Assembly: GCA_050084985.1 (NCBI GenBank)
Contig: JBITNC010000001.1
Location: forward strand, 45,942,001 to 46,006,000
Origin: Nageia nagi
Lineage: Eukaryota > Plantae > Pinophyta
DNA: 64,000 nt
Direction: 5' to 3'
This document shows positions 27,893 to 40,131 of this stretch, piece after piece; the stretch's first letter is position 1; the number at the start of each line of letters is the position of its first letter. The notes below the pieces were generated by a model. That model did not search any database, had not been told where the DNA came from, and was given only the letters and a program-made list of their open reading frames with translations. The translations under genes were made by a program, and so were the position numbers.

Positions 27893-30800
27893 CTAGGTGT
27901 AGAAGGATTGAAGGTGAATGATATTGATTGGTTCAAGTTCTTCAAAACCTTTCAAGGTTGCCAATTTGTATGCTTCCAAACCATACTTGTTGATTACAAT
28001 GTAAGGACCCATCCAATTAGGTGCAAAAGTTCCTCTTTCTACTTTTGGTTGACTTGTGTTTTGTTGATTTTCATTTAGGACAAGTTCACCAACTTCAAAT
28101 TTATGATAATGTACCTTTTTGTTATAATATATCTTGATACATTCTTAGTAAATTTTCAAATGCTAAAGGGAACTTGTACATTTGTCATCAAGTAAATTAA
28201 TTTCAATGGTAAAAACAAATTTAGCACCATAAACTAATAGAAAAGGTGTTTCTCCTATAGGTATTCAAATGCTTATTTTGTATGCCCACAATGCATTGGA
28301 AAGTTTGGTATGCTAATCCCTTTGTGATTCTCCAACAAACTTTTGAAGTGCTTAAACAATGGTCTTATTGGAGGCTTTTTCTTTTTGTTAGCTTAAGGGT
28401 AATAAGGTGTTGAGAAACTTAATTAAATATTATATTTATCACACAAAGCTCTAACATCCTTATTTTTGTGGGGAATTACATTTTTTATGATCGATTTGGA
28501 GGGAATTCCAAATCTATAAATAAGGTTTGTGTCAATGAACTCCAAAATTTTAAGTGCTTTTACTTCAATTAGGGGCATGGCTTCTATCCTTTTAGTAAAA
28601 TATTTAATTCTAGTTATAATGAATATATGACCTTGTGAAGAATTAGGATACACTTGGCTAACAACATCCAACACCCATTGTGAAAAGGGCCAAATTGTTG
28701 CAACATGTTGTAGGTCTTAAGAAGAGATGTACTGAAGGTTTGACAATTATTATCATTTAATGCATTTTTTAACATATGAAACACAATATTTTTCAAGTGT
28801 TTGCCAAAAGTATCTCATCCTTAACAAACATTTTGCTATTGCCATGCCATTAAAGTGACCACCACATGTATCATCATGTGCTTGAGATAAAGAAATAGGA
28901 ATTTTATTAGGTTCAAGACATCTCAAAAGGATGCCTTCATATCCTCTTATATAAAGAATATTCCCTAACAAAGTGTATTTGGCACATTTTTGTTTAAAGC
29001 ATTTTCTTTTAGTTTTAGTCATATCTTGGGGCTAATTCCAATATGGGTCCAAAACTATAAGAGGGGATATGCAAAGTGGTAATGTACACAATGAATTTAT
29101 CTTGATTATATTGGGATGGAATAATGGAACCCAAGGAACCCACGATATCTGCTAATCTATTGGTTAATCTTGGGGAAGGTTTAAGTTATCAAATTGTAAG
29201 AGGAGTTTGTTAGCAATAATTTTATATTTTTTTAAAAACCTCATTATGGAATTGATAAGTGCTAAGGAATTAACTAACAATAAGTTTATATTCACAAATA
29301 ATTTTGATTTTCTTAAATTTTAGCTTGATTGCAATTTGGAGACCAAGGATAAGGGCCTCATATTCAGACATATTATTAGTGCAAGGGAATTTGAACTTAA
29401 AATATAAATGGATGGGTGCTATTCGATGTGTAATAAAAATAATACTAGCACCAACCCATTGTTCACATTTGGATGCATCAATGAAAGGGATAATTTCAAG
29501 GTCCTCCTTAGTGTGAACAAATTCCTCATCTTCAATCAAGATAAAGATAGAATCATCTAGAAAGTTAAGGGAAAAAGTTTGTAAATCATGCAAAGTATAT
29601 TTATCAAGTTGATTATTAATAAATTTACCTTTTATAGATTTTTGGTTCACAAAATTAAGGTCATATTTAGTTAATAGCATTATCCATTTTGATGTTCTTG
29701 AATTTATATATGCATGGCTCAAGTATCTCAGAGGATCATTTATTGTAACAACATAATTCTTATGATTTAGCATACAAGGACTCAACTTATATGTTACAAA
29801 TACAATGGCAAGGCATAATTCTTCAATGTTGATGTATCAAATCTCATAGTTAACAAGAGTTCTACTTATGTAATAAATATCTTGCTCTTTGTTCATATCA
29901 TTCTTTTGTGCCAACATGGTCCCAATGGTAACATCAATAGCATAAATGTACAAGTGGAATGGTATTGAAAGATTGGTTGGGATCAAAAAAGGAGGATATA
30001 AAAGGTATTTATTAGTTTATTCAAAGGGTTATTTACACACATGTGTCCATTCAAATTTTACTCCTTTCTTTGAAAGGTGATTAAAGGGTTTGCACTTATC
30101 AGATAATCAGGGAATTAATCTACAAATTGCATTAATTTTTCCTAATAAACTTCTTATATTTTTTAAGGTTTTTAGGAGGATGAATTTTATTTATAGCTTT
30201 AATTTTATCAATATCAACCTCAATTCCTCTTCTTTAAATAATAAACCCCAAAAATTTTACTAGAAGTTACACTAAACACACACATTTTAGGATTAAGTTT
30301 TACGTTATGATCAAGAAGTCTACAAAAATATTTTCAAGGAATTAAAGGTGTGTCTCTTTAGTTTTAGATTTTGCCAAAAGATCATCTACGTAACATTCAA
30401 CAATTTATCCCATGTAGTCATGAAATATGTACATCATGACATGTTGGTATGTGGCACCTACATTCTTTAAACCAAAGGGCATGACCTTATAGCACAAGGT
30501 TCCCCAAGGTGTTGTGAAAGTATTATTATGTTGATCATTTTTTGAAATATGAATCTAATTATAGCCATTAAAACCATTCATAAGTGAAAGCATTTCATGA
30601 CCTACAATTGCATCTACTATATTTTCAATGCGAGGTAGTGGAAAATCATCTTTTAGACAAGCTTTATTAGTATCTCAAAAATCAATGCATGTTCAAATTC
30701 CTCTTTTTTCTTACTAATAGGAACAACATTGGAAACTTATGTAGGATAGTCAATAGGTGTGATAAAACCAACATCCAAAAGTTTTTGAAGTTCTTCTTTA

Positions 30801-33800
30801 ACAAAAAGTGCAATCTTTGGATGCATTTGTCTTAGTTTTTTCTTAATGGGTTTAGTGTCTTTCTCAAGGACAAGGTTATGAAAAACAAGATCAGAATCCA
30901 ATCTTGGCATGTTAGAATATTTCCAATAAAATATTTTAATATAATTCTTAAGAATATTAATGAATAAATCTTGTTCCTCTTTATTTAATATCTTACCATG
31001 TAACACTATATGAGGATTTTTATCACCTCCACTAATGACAACATCAATAATTTCATCAATGATCATGTGAGAAGTTTCATCCAATTGTGGCGTAAAGGTA
31101 ATAAATTAAGTTCATCCTCATCATATTTATAAATATATTCCTCCATATTTAAAATAGTGTCCTCATAAGAATAAAAAGTAGAGGAAAATTGGATAAAATA
31201 AGCTTCCATATTTAAAAATAAAGGATAAATATCCTTATAACATGGTGGAAGATGAGTATAGCCACCAATATTGTTAACTATAGACTCATCACATGGAAAA
31301 TAATCAAGAGGAATGAGAGAATTTTCAAGAGAAAAATTAATTTGATAAACATCAAGAGGAATTCTATGTAAATCATTTTCTAAGAAATGTGTCAAAGGTG
31401 TAAAAAAATCTATAGATAAAGTGCATATACAATGGCCAAATGTAACACTAGGATCATAAATGACAAGGTTGATATGGAAAACATCCTCCACTTTAACATT
31501 TGTAAAATCTTGAGTAAATTCCCCTTAATCATAATTTAACATGAAAGGTAGAGGGGATGAAGCAATATCATATACAAGAGGCATGATCATGTTGAAATAA
31601 CGATTAATATAAATCACAAAAGCATAAATACCATGATATAAGAATAAAATAAGGGGGATGAAAAAGGCCTAATGATTATGGTTTGAAAAATTTCATGAGA
31701 ATGAATATTTAAAAAGAAACTTTCTAAAGATACCTCCTCTTCAACATCATCACAAGGAAGTTAAGTGATAGAAAGAGTCTCTTGAATAGATACATCCCCT
31801 TCACATGAAATGAATTTAGGTGCACTAATGAATGAGGCTTACTTTTTATAACCCACAGCAAATTTATAAAGAGATTATTGTGGTTATACAACAATAGGTT
31901 CAAAAAGACCATGTTTATACTTTCCCAAACCTTGACCTTTCCAACTACAAGTTTCATCAAAATATTGGGAATAAAAAGCAAACTTGGATAAATTTTCTTG
32001 AGGCACACAATAAGAAAAACAAGGGTGAGGTTACTTACTTATTTCAACAATGGTTGACATAACATTTCCTTCTTTAATAAAAGACATAGATTTAAGACAT
32101 GGCTCTTTTGGTTTAATAGAATTTAGAGGACATCACATATATCTAAGGGAAGGGATAGTAGGCAACTTGAGAATTTGATTTTGCAATTTGTATTATCCAA
32201 CTTAAGGGGAAGTATATGAAACAATAGCTTTCTCACTTAACTCTCCAATAGAAGGAACCTCACTAGAAGATACAACACTAGAAGGTTTTATAACATTAGA
32301 AGGCTTAACAAAATTAGGATTCACAACATTAGAAGACTTAACAACATTGGGATTCAAAACATTAGAAGGAGAAGGTGGAACAAAAGGCACAATACTTGAA
32401 GAAAAGAAAAGATAATCATAAGAAGGGATAAAATTGCAATACTAAAATGGTTCAGGAGCAACTTTGGCACTTATTAACTTCATGAATAAAGTTTATACAT
32501 TGATGCAAAGTAGAAGGAACACACTTCATTTCATCTATACATGGTCTTCCAAGTAAAAGGTTATATTGCAAAGTTTCTTCAATGATATAAAATAAAATAT
32601 GTAAAGTTATAGGTCCCACTTTAAGTGGTAATAATATAGTGCCCATAGTAGTATAAATAGTATCATTGAAGGCCCTTAGTTGTAAGGTGGAAGAGGATAA
32701 ACTACTTTGAGGTATGTTAAGATGGTTCAAAGATGAAAAAGAAATAACATTTAAAATTGAAAAATTATGAATAAAAACTCTTTTAAAATTTTGGGCCTCC
32801 ATAAAAGTAATAATAATGAAAAGAGGATGATGAGGTCAAAGAAGTCTTGACTCAAAAATCTCATGCCCATAAAAAGTTATACAATCTAAATCATATGATT
32901 GGACATGTCCCACAAAATTGTTAAAACTTCCACATATTGAGCTTGCACCTTAATGGACTTTAAAACTTCCATAAGTGCATCTCTATGAGCTTTTTATGTT
33001 TAAAGTAAATAAAAAATGGACATCTTTATGGATAAGGACTTGCATTGTTGGGTAATATTGGACTTGATTATGACTACAGTACATCTTTGATTTTGACTGT
33101 GAGTAGGACCTCTTGGACCTTCAATTCCTCTAAAATCATTATGCTTTTGAGTTTGTTGTGAACTTAAGGTGTCTTTATTTGGAAGGGTACATTTATTTTT
33201 CCTTTTAACAACATGAATCATACCAAAAAAATCATTCATAAAAGGAGGATTAACATAGTTCACTTGATTTGCATCAACTTGATTTTGCCTTGGAAGTAGT
33301 GGATCCTTATAATCATTTAAATTTTGGCTTGGGGGTGCAAGTGGATTTCCTATAACAAGGTCCCCTCTTTAAATCAAATCTTGGATCATATTTTTTAGGT
33401 GATGGCACTTATCAATTTGATGCCCTTTTGCTCTATGAAAAACATAATAATCATTCTCTTTGTACCAAACAAGTTTTGGAATATTGGGATCCTCATGATT
33501 AATATCAAGAAGTGTAATTATTTTTGTATTTAAACACTTTTCAAGACATTATAAAGTGAATCAAGAAGTGGGTATAGTCTCTCTTGGGTCTTGGTGGTCT
33601 TGGCTTTGGTTAGTTACCTTAAACTTGGGTTTTGATTTGGATAGGGTATGGATTGGCTAGTGGTGGTGGTATACGAGGTGGTTGTGGTGCAATGGATGGT
33701 TGGCTCAATGTTACTTGGTTCACATGGGGTTTAGGATGGGTTGGAAAATGTCCCTTCCTCTTTTGGTGATCTTGCTTATTTCTAAGCTTTATATCACCAT

Positions 33801-35000
33801 TTTGCAAATTCACATCTTCAATCCTTTTAGCCATTCTAATAGCTTCTTCAAAAGAAGGTAGGTGTTGTATTTGAAGTGTGTTTGAAATATGTTTTACATA
33901 AATTTTGGAAAATATATGATTTAATTCAATTTGAGGTATGGGGAATGTAAGCTTATGGATGATAGATCTTCACCTTATCATATAATCAGCAATTGGCTCA
34001 TCTTGGAATTGCTTATGGTTATACAAATTACTTAAAGTAGTTTATCTTTTAATATTAATGGAAGAGTGATTAAGGAATAGATTTTCCAATTGCTGAAAAG
34101 TGTGGAGAGAGTATTGGCCCAAGTTATTATACCAATCCAAAGCTTGACAACTCAAGGTATTTGGAAATATTCTTAACATCAAAGGCTCAATATGGTTAAC
34201 ACTCATGTTTGAAAATTCTCAAATGGTATTTTGGATCCTCTTTACCTTTAAACTTATCAAACTTTAGAAGTTCAAAATTATTTTTCCAAACATAGTACAG
34301 AACTAAAGGATGGATAGGTTCATTACACAATTGCTTATATGTTTGGCTATGGTTTGGATCTTGGTTACCAACCTCCAAAGTTGGTTTGCTTGTTATGAAC
34401 TGGATGCATGAGAGTTATTGGCTTAATGTGTGTTGGCTTGAGCTTGACTAGTGTTGATTTGCAAAATGGTAGAATATGGACTCTTTTAGGAGTGGTGTTA
34501 TTTTGGAATTGAGTGGTTACTATGGTAGATGGAATGGATTAAGAAACACTAGAAATGGTGGAAGTGGCAATGGAAGTTGTGTTCCTAGTGTTTGGATTGA
34601 AATTAGGATCTACCATGGTACTATTTTGCAAATATATGGTAAGAATGGAATATAAATCAAGAGGTATAGAAAAGGGATCTCCAAGTGGATTCTACATGAT
34701 TTCTATATGGTATTGATTACTTATTGGAGGTTGTCTAACAATTGAAATCTTGGTTGGTTTATAGCTTGATTGGCTTTAAGCACTTTAAGGATAACTTCAA
34801 CATTATCCAACACATATTATTCAAATTCCTCCATGAAATTCTCTTGTGTTGGATTACCATAGCTAGGGTGATGGAAGGAATAGATTGCTTAGATTCTTCA
34901 AGATTTGGTAGAGCTCTTTTTCTATTTTGGATCATGTTTTGGGATAATTTTTATTTTTTTAAACTTTCTATTTTAGAAACACATCCAAATTTTGATAGTT
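27893..35000 (-). pseudogene. Ogre/Tat gag-pol remnant: GAG - PR - G-patch - RT - RH - archaeal-type RH - INT
   Basis: KFDKFKGKEDPKYHL (gag ~34250); YNLLLGRP (PR ~32550); GQGLGKYKHG (G-patch ~31920); MPFGLKNVGATY and YVDDLL (RT ~30380-30483); CTNNMSEYEALILGL (aRH ~29340-29385); HDDTCGGH and WMGPY (INT). 5' end approximate. Confidence 0.9.
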
Positions 35001-36293
35001 TAGCTAAATACACAAGCATTTTTAGAGTTGTCAAAATTTGATTACATTTTACTAAACACGAAGGTGTTTTAGCAAAGTTAATTCCAGAAAATAAAAATGA
35101 TAGGGATTTATATTTTATTTTAATTTTTTGAATTTTGCATTTCAAGATTTCAAAACGTAAACAAATATAGATAGAGAATTGTAATCAATCACAAATGCAA
35201 GAACTCACATATTATCAATGCAAGTTCATCTAGCTTCCCTACAATACTATTTTGTAATGTTTTGATGTTTATTTTCCTAAAGTGATTCTAGACAAGTGGG
35301 TTTAATGATCCAAAAGTTAGTCTTAGAAGAATGAGAGTTCTATGGATGACCCTTGCTTTAATTGAGTTCATAGGTGGGGTCTAATGAAAACATATTAGAG
35401 ACTATCTTCATGATTGGGCCAAGAATAGCCTAAGTCCTTGGTGATTAAATCCAAGTGACTTGTCTATTGTTTGTGAAGAGGATGAGCCTTGGTGATGAAA
35501 TCCAAGGATCTCCTTTTGTATGTGCAATTTTGAAAAAAGGAAATGTAAATTTATGTATGTTGTTCTTTTCCCTTCTTACAACATATTTTGATCACCCAAT
35601 ATCACTTTGTAGTACAAGGGGAGAGCATACTCCAAACTTGAAAGTGCTAATTCTTTAATCCTTTTCTCACAACCTTTGTCTGATCACTCAAAATCACTTT
35701 TCAATGCATGAGGAGAATATACATAATTTTTGTGAGAAGTTTTTAAATGTGATAAGAAAGCATACACAACATGTAAATCATAAAGCCTAATTTCTTTTAT
35801 CCTTTGAAAACACTTTGATTTGAGTTAAGCAAATACTCAAAAAATAAAAATGGAATTCTTAGAAATGAAAAAGCTCAAAATTTTTCAAACTGGTGTATGT
35901 TTCTTTATGAAGAATATCATAGAAGAAATGCAATCCCATTTAGCAAAATTCTAGGATGACCCAAAAATATGAACATTCAAAAATAGAAATGTGGTGCTAT
36001 TTAACAAAATATCAGGGTGATTAGAAATACAATGGCATTTACAAAAATGTGAGAGCATTTTAAAGATAGACAAAAACATGATAGGATTTCTAATTATGGA
36101 AACATAAAAAAGAAGAAAAACACATGAAACATAGAAAATAATAAAATTAAAATTACTAGAAATGAGAAACACTTGATAGTAAAATTCCTATGTTTTATCA
36201 ATAAAATCAAAGAAATAAAATGAAAAATAGAAAGGTAGGCAAAAGGATCCTTACTCAAATGGACCAAGGGAGGTCATACTAGGCATGAAAAAA

Positions 36294-38025
36294 TGTTTTG
36301 GATAAAAGTGACCCCTTTCAAGACCATTCAGATCTGAATATATATTAATTGAGTGAAGGTTAGACTAGATCCTATAAGTACCAACTACAATAAAAGATTG
36401 GATCAAAACCACTAAGGAGGCTTTCTCAAATGATCATTCCAACAAAACTAAGCTCAAATAAAGAGAAGATAAATGGTTTAAGATGGTGTTAACAAACACT
36501 AAAGTATACCTGATGATGTCATTTTTGGAATGATAATACTTGGTTTAGTTGATTGGATCCCAAGTTAATTTCAAAATTTGACCAAGTTGTATGCATCATG
36601 GAAACATGGTGACCTTGGGAAGTTTTAAAAATGTGGTAGAATTTTTCTATCAAAACATGAGGACACTAGGCATTTCACAATTTGCAAGCATAAATAATAA
36701 AGTACGTAAGTCAGTTTTGATTGCATGATAAAATAAGCCTAATGTATACACAAAATATGAAAAGAAAATCAAGAAGTGTGATGGGTAAATATTTGGTCTA
36801 AGAAAAGGAACAATACTTGGAATGACTAATTCCTATCTTTATATAGGGCCAAGGACTTCCAAATCCTCTTCTCAAATGCTTGTTGAAGATTGCTAGATGT
36901 AGATGCCTTCAAATTTGTCAATTTTAAGATTTGAGAATCAACAAATTCAAAGCTCAAAGTTTACACAACTTATTAAACCAAAAAATGAGATGTGAGCTTG
37001 CTTAAATAGATTTATATGACATGTAAAATCTTGAATGCAAAATCCATATGAATTTCAATCCAAAATATTTTTTTGATTGATTAATTCTTGATTGGATTCG
37101 AATTGTATTTGCATAGGATTTGATCCAATTTTATTTAAGATAAATTAGAAACATAGTCATTCATTTTTCTTATCTCTTATTTGTTGAGAATATTTGGAAC
37201 ATAAGTAATGACTCATCAATCTATGACTAGAGTATTAGATCTTCTTATTTTCCTACTAGGTGAATCATAAATGATATGGTAAGGTGAGGAGTAAATTTTA
37301 TCCAACTATTTTCTTACAAGTAAACAATAAATAAATTAGCCATATTAATGTGACAAATATTAATAACATAAAGTAAATATTAAAGGTATTAAATTAATTC
37401 ATATTTGACTAAGTAAAGAAATTGATTAAATATAATCAACATGACTAATGTTAATTATATTTTAGGCATATATGACTATGATCAAATTTATAAATAACTT
37501 GACTAATGTTAATTACAATTTTTAAATAAATGACTATGGTTCAAAATACAATAAACATGACTAAGTTTAATTTTCCTTTAACCATAAATGATTGTGATTG
37601 AAAAATAATAAACATGATTAAGTTTAATTACATTTTCCAACTATATGATTATGATTGAAAACATAATAAACATGACTAAGTTTAATTACATTTTTCAAGG
37701 TATTTGACTCTGATCGAAAATACGTTTAACATGACTAATGTTAATTGCATTTCCCCAATATAAAGCTATGATCGAAACACAATAAATATGATAAATATAA
37801 ATTATGATTTTCAAAGTAAATGACTATGATAAATAAATATTTAATATGATAAATATTAATTATAAATTAAATATGATAAGAAAATAAATGATCATTAACA
37901 AAACATCATTATATTTAATCAAATTGACAATGTAAGCCTAACTAATGTTGAATAAAAGAAGGATGCTAATGATGAAAGAAGGTTGTGCCAAATATAGAGC
38001 ATGGTACTTAATTTGGGTATCTACA
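36294..38025 (-). repeat. 5' LTR of Ogre/Tat element, with the ~58-bp tandem array at ~37441-37910
   Basis: TG...CTACA termini; homologous to 21091-22761. Confidence 0.9.
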
Positions 38026-38251
38026 AATACTCTTGGAGCTATATTTCTGTTATGTTACATATCTTATTTGTCCTCTAGTTTTTGTGTTCTCATGTTATGA
38101 GTGTTTTATATCAATTTTGGTTATTACTATTACATATCAATTTCAAAACTTGATTTGGATGATTTATGAGCATGTTAATTGATTCCCTAGTTCAAGAATT
38201 CAAGTAGAATTGAATGCTAATTTGGAATAAACCCTAGAAAGGTACATTACA

Positions 38252-38800
38252 TAATAGGTTTGCATGAACTCAATAATGCCTCCAATCTTGAGTACCACCC
38301 ATATTATCAATTTGTTATGAAATTCCTTAGGAATGTTCAACTTCATTTCATAGTTGCAAAGAGTGGGCTATTTAATATTATCTTAGATCAAAATAATCCT
38401 TTTATAAACTAAATGAGCCTATGTAAGCGATTGGTTAGGAAGGCAATCAAAATCATACAAATAGATAGGTCATTAACTCCAAGGAGAAACTAATTATTGG
38501 GTTAGATGAATATCAAGGTCCATTATTAAACAAATCTTGGTGGGTACTTTGTTCTTGTGATGGAAATGACCCATAGCCATAAAAACTCCTCAAGATATGA
38601 TAAAGGTCCACCTCCACCCAATCTAATATGATCTAATTTCTTTCCTATTTGATGTTAACTCTATAAACTCCTAAGTTCTTGGATGTTTTTTTTTTTTAAT
38701 TTCCTAACCCATTATTGGGATTTATTTAAAATTGGCTATTAAGATATACTTTATCCACCCATATTAATTTGTTGTAAGGTTATTGTATTGATATAATAGA
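38252..38800 (-). mobile_element. 5' part of LINE A ORF1 (DUF4283-like), separated from the rest by a 23-kb nested insertion
   Basis: An ORF1-like frame (WV..NL.YEF) appears to join across 38252|15069; LGGGGP motif ~38605-38622. End approximate. Confidence 0.6.
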
Positions 38801-39083
38801 TTTTCATCCAAAAAAAGAAAAACAAAATATAAGTAAAAAAGTATTAAAAGTCAAATAATGTAAAAATAGAAAATAAAAAAAAAGTTTCTCTTTTTATTTA
38901 TGTTGAAGTATGATATTTTATAATATATTTGCATGGAACAAATTTAAATTGTAAAAATTCCCTTAAAACCAGAAACCATATAATTATATAATTTTAAAAT
39001 TTATTATAAAAAAGAATAATAAATAGTAGAATATTTAAACTTTATTAGACAATTAAAATTTAGAAGTGATGAATTGAAAGATA

Positions 39084-39269
39084 GGGGAGTTGGACAGGTG
39101 GGTAGTTCAAAGCTCTCATATATGGGAAGCCTAGGTTCAAAACTCTTTGCCCTCAATCGCAACTCTAAACTTAAGAGTTCATGATGCCCTAGTTGAATTG
39201 ATCATGTTGTGGCCCTCTTTCTTTCTTTCTTTTATTATTCTTTCCTATATCAAAAAACAAAAATAAAAA
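39084..39269 (+). mobile_element. Probable tRNA-derived SINE
   Basis: A-box-like TGGACAGGTGG 39091-39101 and B-box GGTTCAAAACT 39134-39144 at tRNA-like spacing; A-rich tail 39252-39269. No clean TSD. Confidence 0.6.
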
Positions 39270-39369
39270 GGATTAGGAGTGAAGACTATTTTGAATGCTT
39301 GCATTAACTCTTGTCATCGTGAAATTAACCTTAAATTTAGAATAATAATAAACATGACTTTGTACAATG

Positions 39370-39600
39370 TGGCACCAATGAAACACACTACGTAGCAGTT
39401 GCTAAACGAGATCAAGATATCTATTCTCCTACAAAATTAAGTTGCCAAGAGACTCCTCAATCAGTAACAACCAATCCGTCCTAGCAACTAACCAATAGCA
39501 AGCTATAAATATTCTGAGAAAACCCCAAACACGCAGAGATCTCTCCACAATCACATCCCCTCTCTTCTCTCTCACTTTTCTCTTCTTGTTATCTGGGCAA
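39370..39600 (+). promoter_or_regulatory. Pol II promoter and 5' UTR of the orphan gene
   Basis: CCAAT at 39375, 39471 and 39492; TACGTA 39389-39394; TATAAAT 39504-39510; CT-rich leader ~39558-39590; CG/CHG retained. Confidence 0.75.
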
Positions 39601-40131
39601 ATGGAGCGAACGGAAATCAAGCAAGTCATCACTAACTCTCCACCCCAGCAAACAAAAATAGCGCCAGAAAGAGAACGAAGTGTAGAGAGACCAGAGAAGA
39701 AACAAGAATATGACTACATACCGCTGGTTGAAGAGGAAGAAAATGAAGTTGATGAAGAAGATATTTCAAGATATTTTCCAAACAGAAGGTGCCCGCCTGC
39801 TCCAAACTCAGCACCCATCACTCCTACAGAAAAGAAGTACGCCAAATGTCCTACAACTTCTTTGGATGAGGATGACTACATTCCTCTACCCGATTACGAT
39901 TCGTCTTCGTCATCATCTGTTGAGGATTATGTGCACTATTTTCCTGTTAGAAGATGCACATATGATCCAAATTCCCGGAGCAGTAGTCCTCCTCCATCTG
40001 ATGGAGAAGAGGATATAGATTTTATTGAAGTGCCTGACTATGAAGAAGACGAGAGTTGGAGTTCTGAGGACGAGGGGGATTATTTTCCTGTAAGAAGATG
40101 TCCTGGTTCTCCAGAGAGATTAAAGTGGTGA
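39601..40131 (+). CDS. Intronless 176-aa acidic, likely disordered protein with three D[YF]Ix[LV]-(acidic spacer)-YFPxRRC repeats; family not recognised
   Basis: ATG at 39601 in a good context (CAAATGG), ~95 nt below a TATA box. Open frame with no decay; synonymous third-position differences among the repeat cores. The ORF-track start at 39586 is a TTG. Confidence 0.8.
   Translation: MERTEIKQVITNSPPQQTKIAPERERSVERPEKKQEYDYIPLVEEEENEVDEEDISRYFPNRRCPPAPNSAPITPTEKKYAKCPTTSLDEDDYIPLPDYDSSSSSSVEDYVHYFPVRRCTYDPNSRSSSPPPSDGEEDIDFIEVPDYEEDESWSSEDEGDYFPVRRCPGSPERLKW

Larger units (their letters stand above)
21091..38025 (-). mobile_element. Ogre/Tat-clade Ty3/Gypsy LTR retrotransposon (16.9 kb, decayed) inserted in the 3' LTR of the previous element
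   Basis: LTRs 21091-22761 and 36294-38025. Flanks AGTAA/AATAC each differ by one base from AGTAC, the intact site in the host 5' LTR. PPT-like tract 22762-22775; decayed tRNA-Arg-like PBS ~36273-36291. Confidence 0.92.
15070..38251 (+). mobile_element. Non-autonomous-looking Gypsy-type LTR element (LARD-like): LTR 15070-16082, internal 16083-20295, 3' LTR split into 20296-21090 and 38026-38251
   Basis: Both LTRs run TGTAAT(G/A)TCCCTAAT...GGTACATTACA. Decayed PBS TGGTATTAAAG at 16084; PPT GAGGAGGGTGGA 20282-20293. Flanks TAACT/TAATA (poor TSD). LINE ORF1 appears to continue across the insertion. Confidence 0.85.

Noticed and set aside
36505-36575. Hammerhead-ribozyme look-alike in the Ogre LTR (CTGATGA, GTCATT/AATGAT stem, ACTTGG/CCAAGT stem; also ~21300-21365)
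   Set aside because: The required GAAA reads AATA or GATA in the two copies, no stem I can form, and it is antisense to the element.
39084-39155. Functional tRNA gene
   Set aside because: Arms do not pair into a cloverleaf, and it continues into a body with an A-rich tail, which fits a SINE better.
39790-39837. CPPAP and TPT as SIAMESE-RELATED CDK-inhibitor motifs
   Set aside because: Motif order is reversed, the basic residues after CPPAP are missing, and CPPAP is not conserved in the other repeats.
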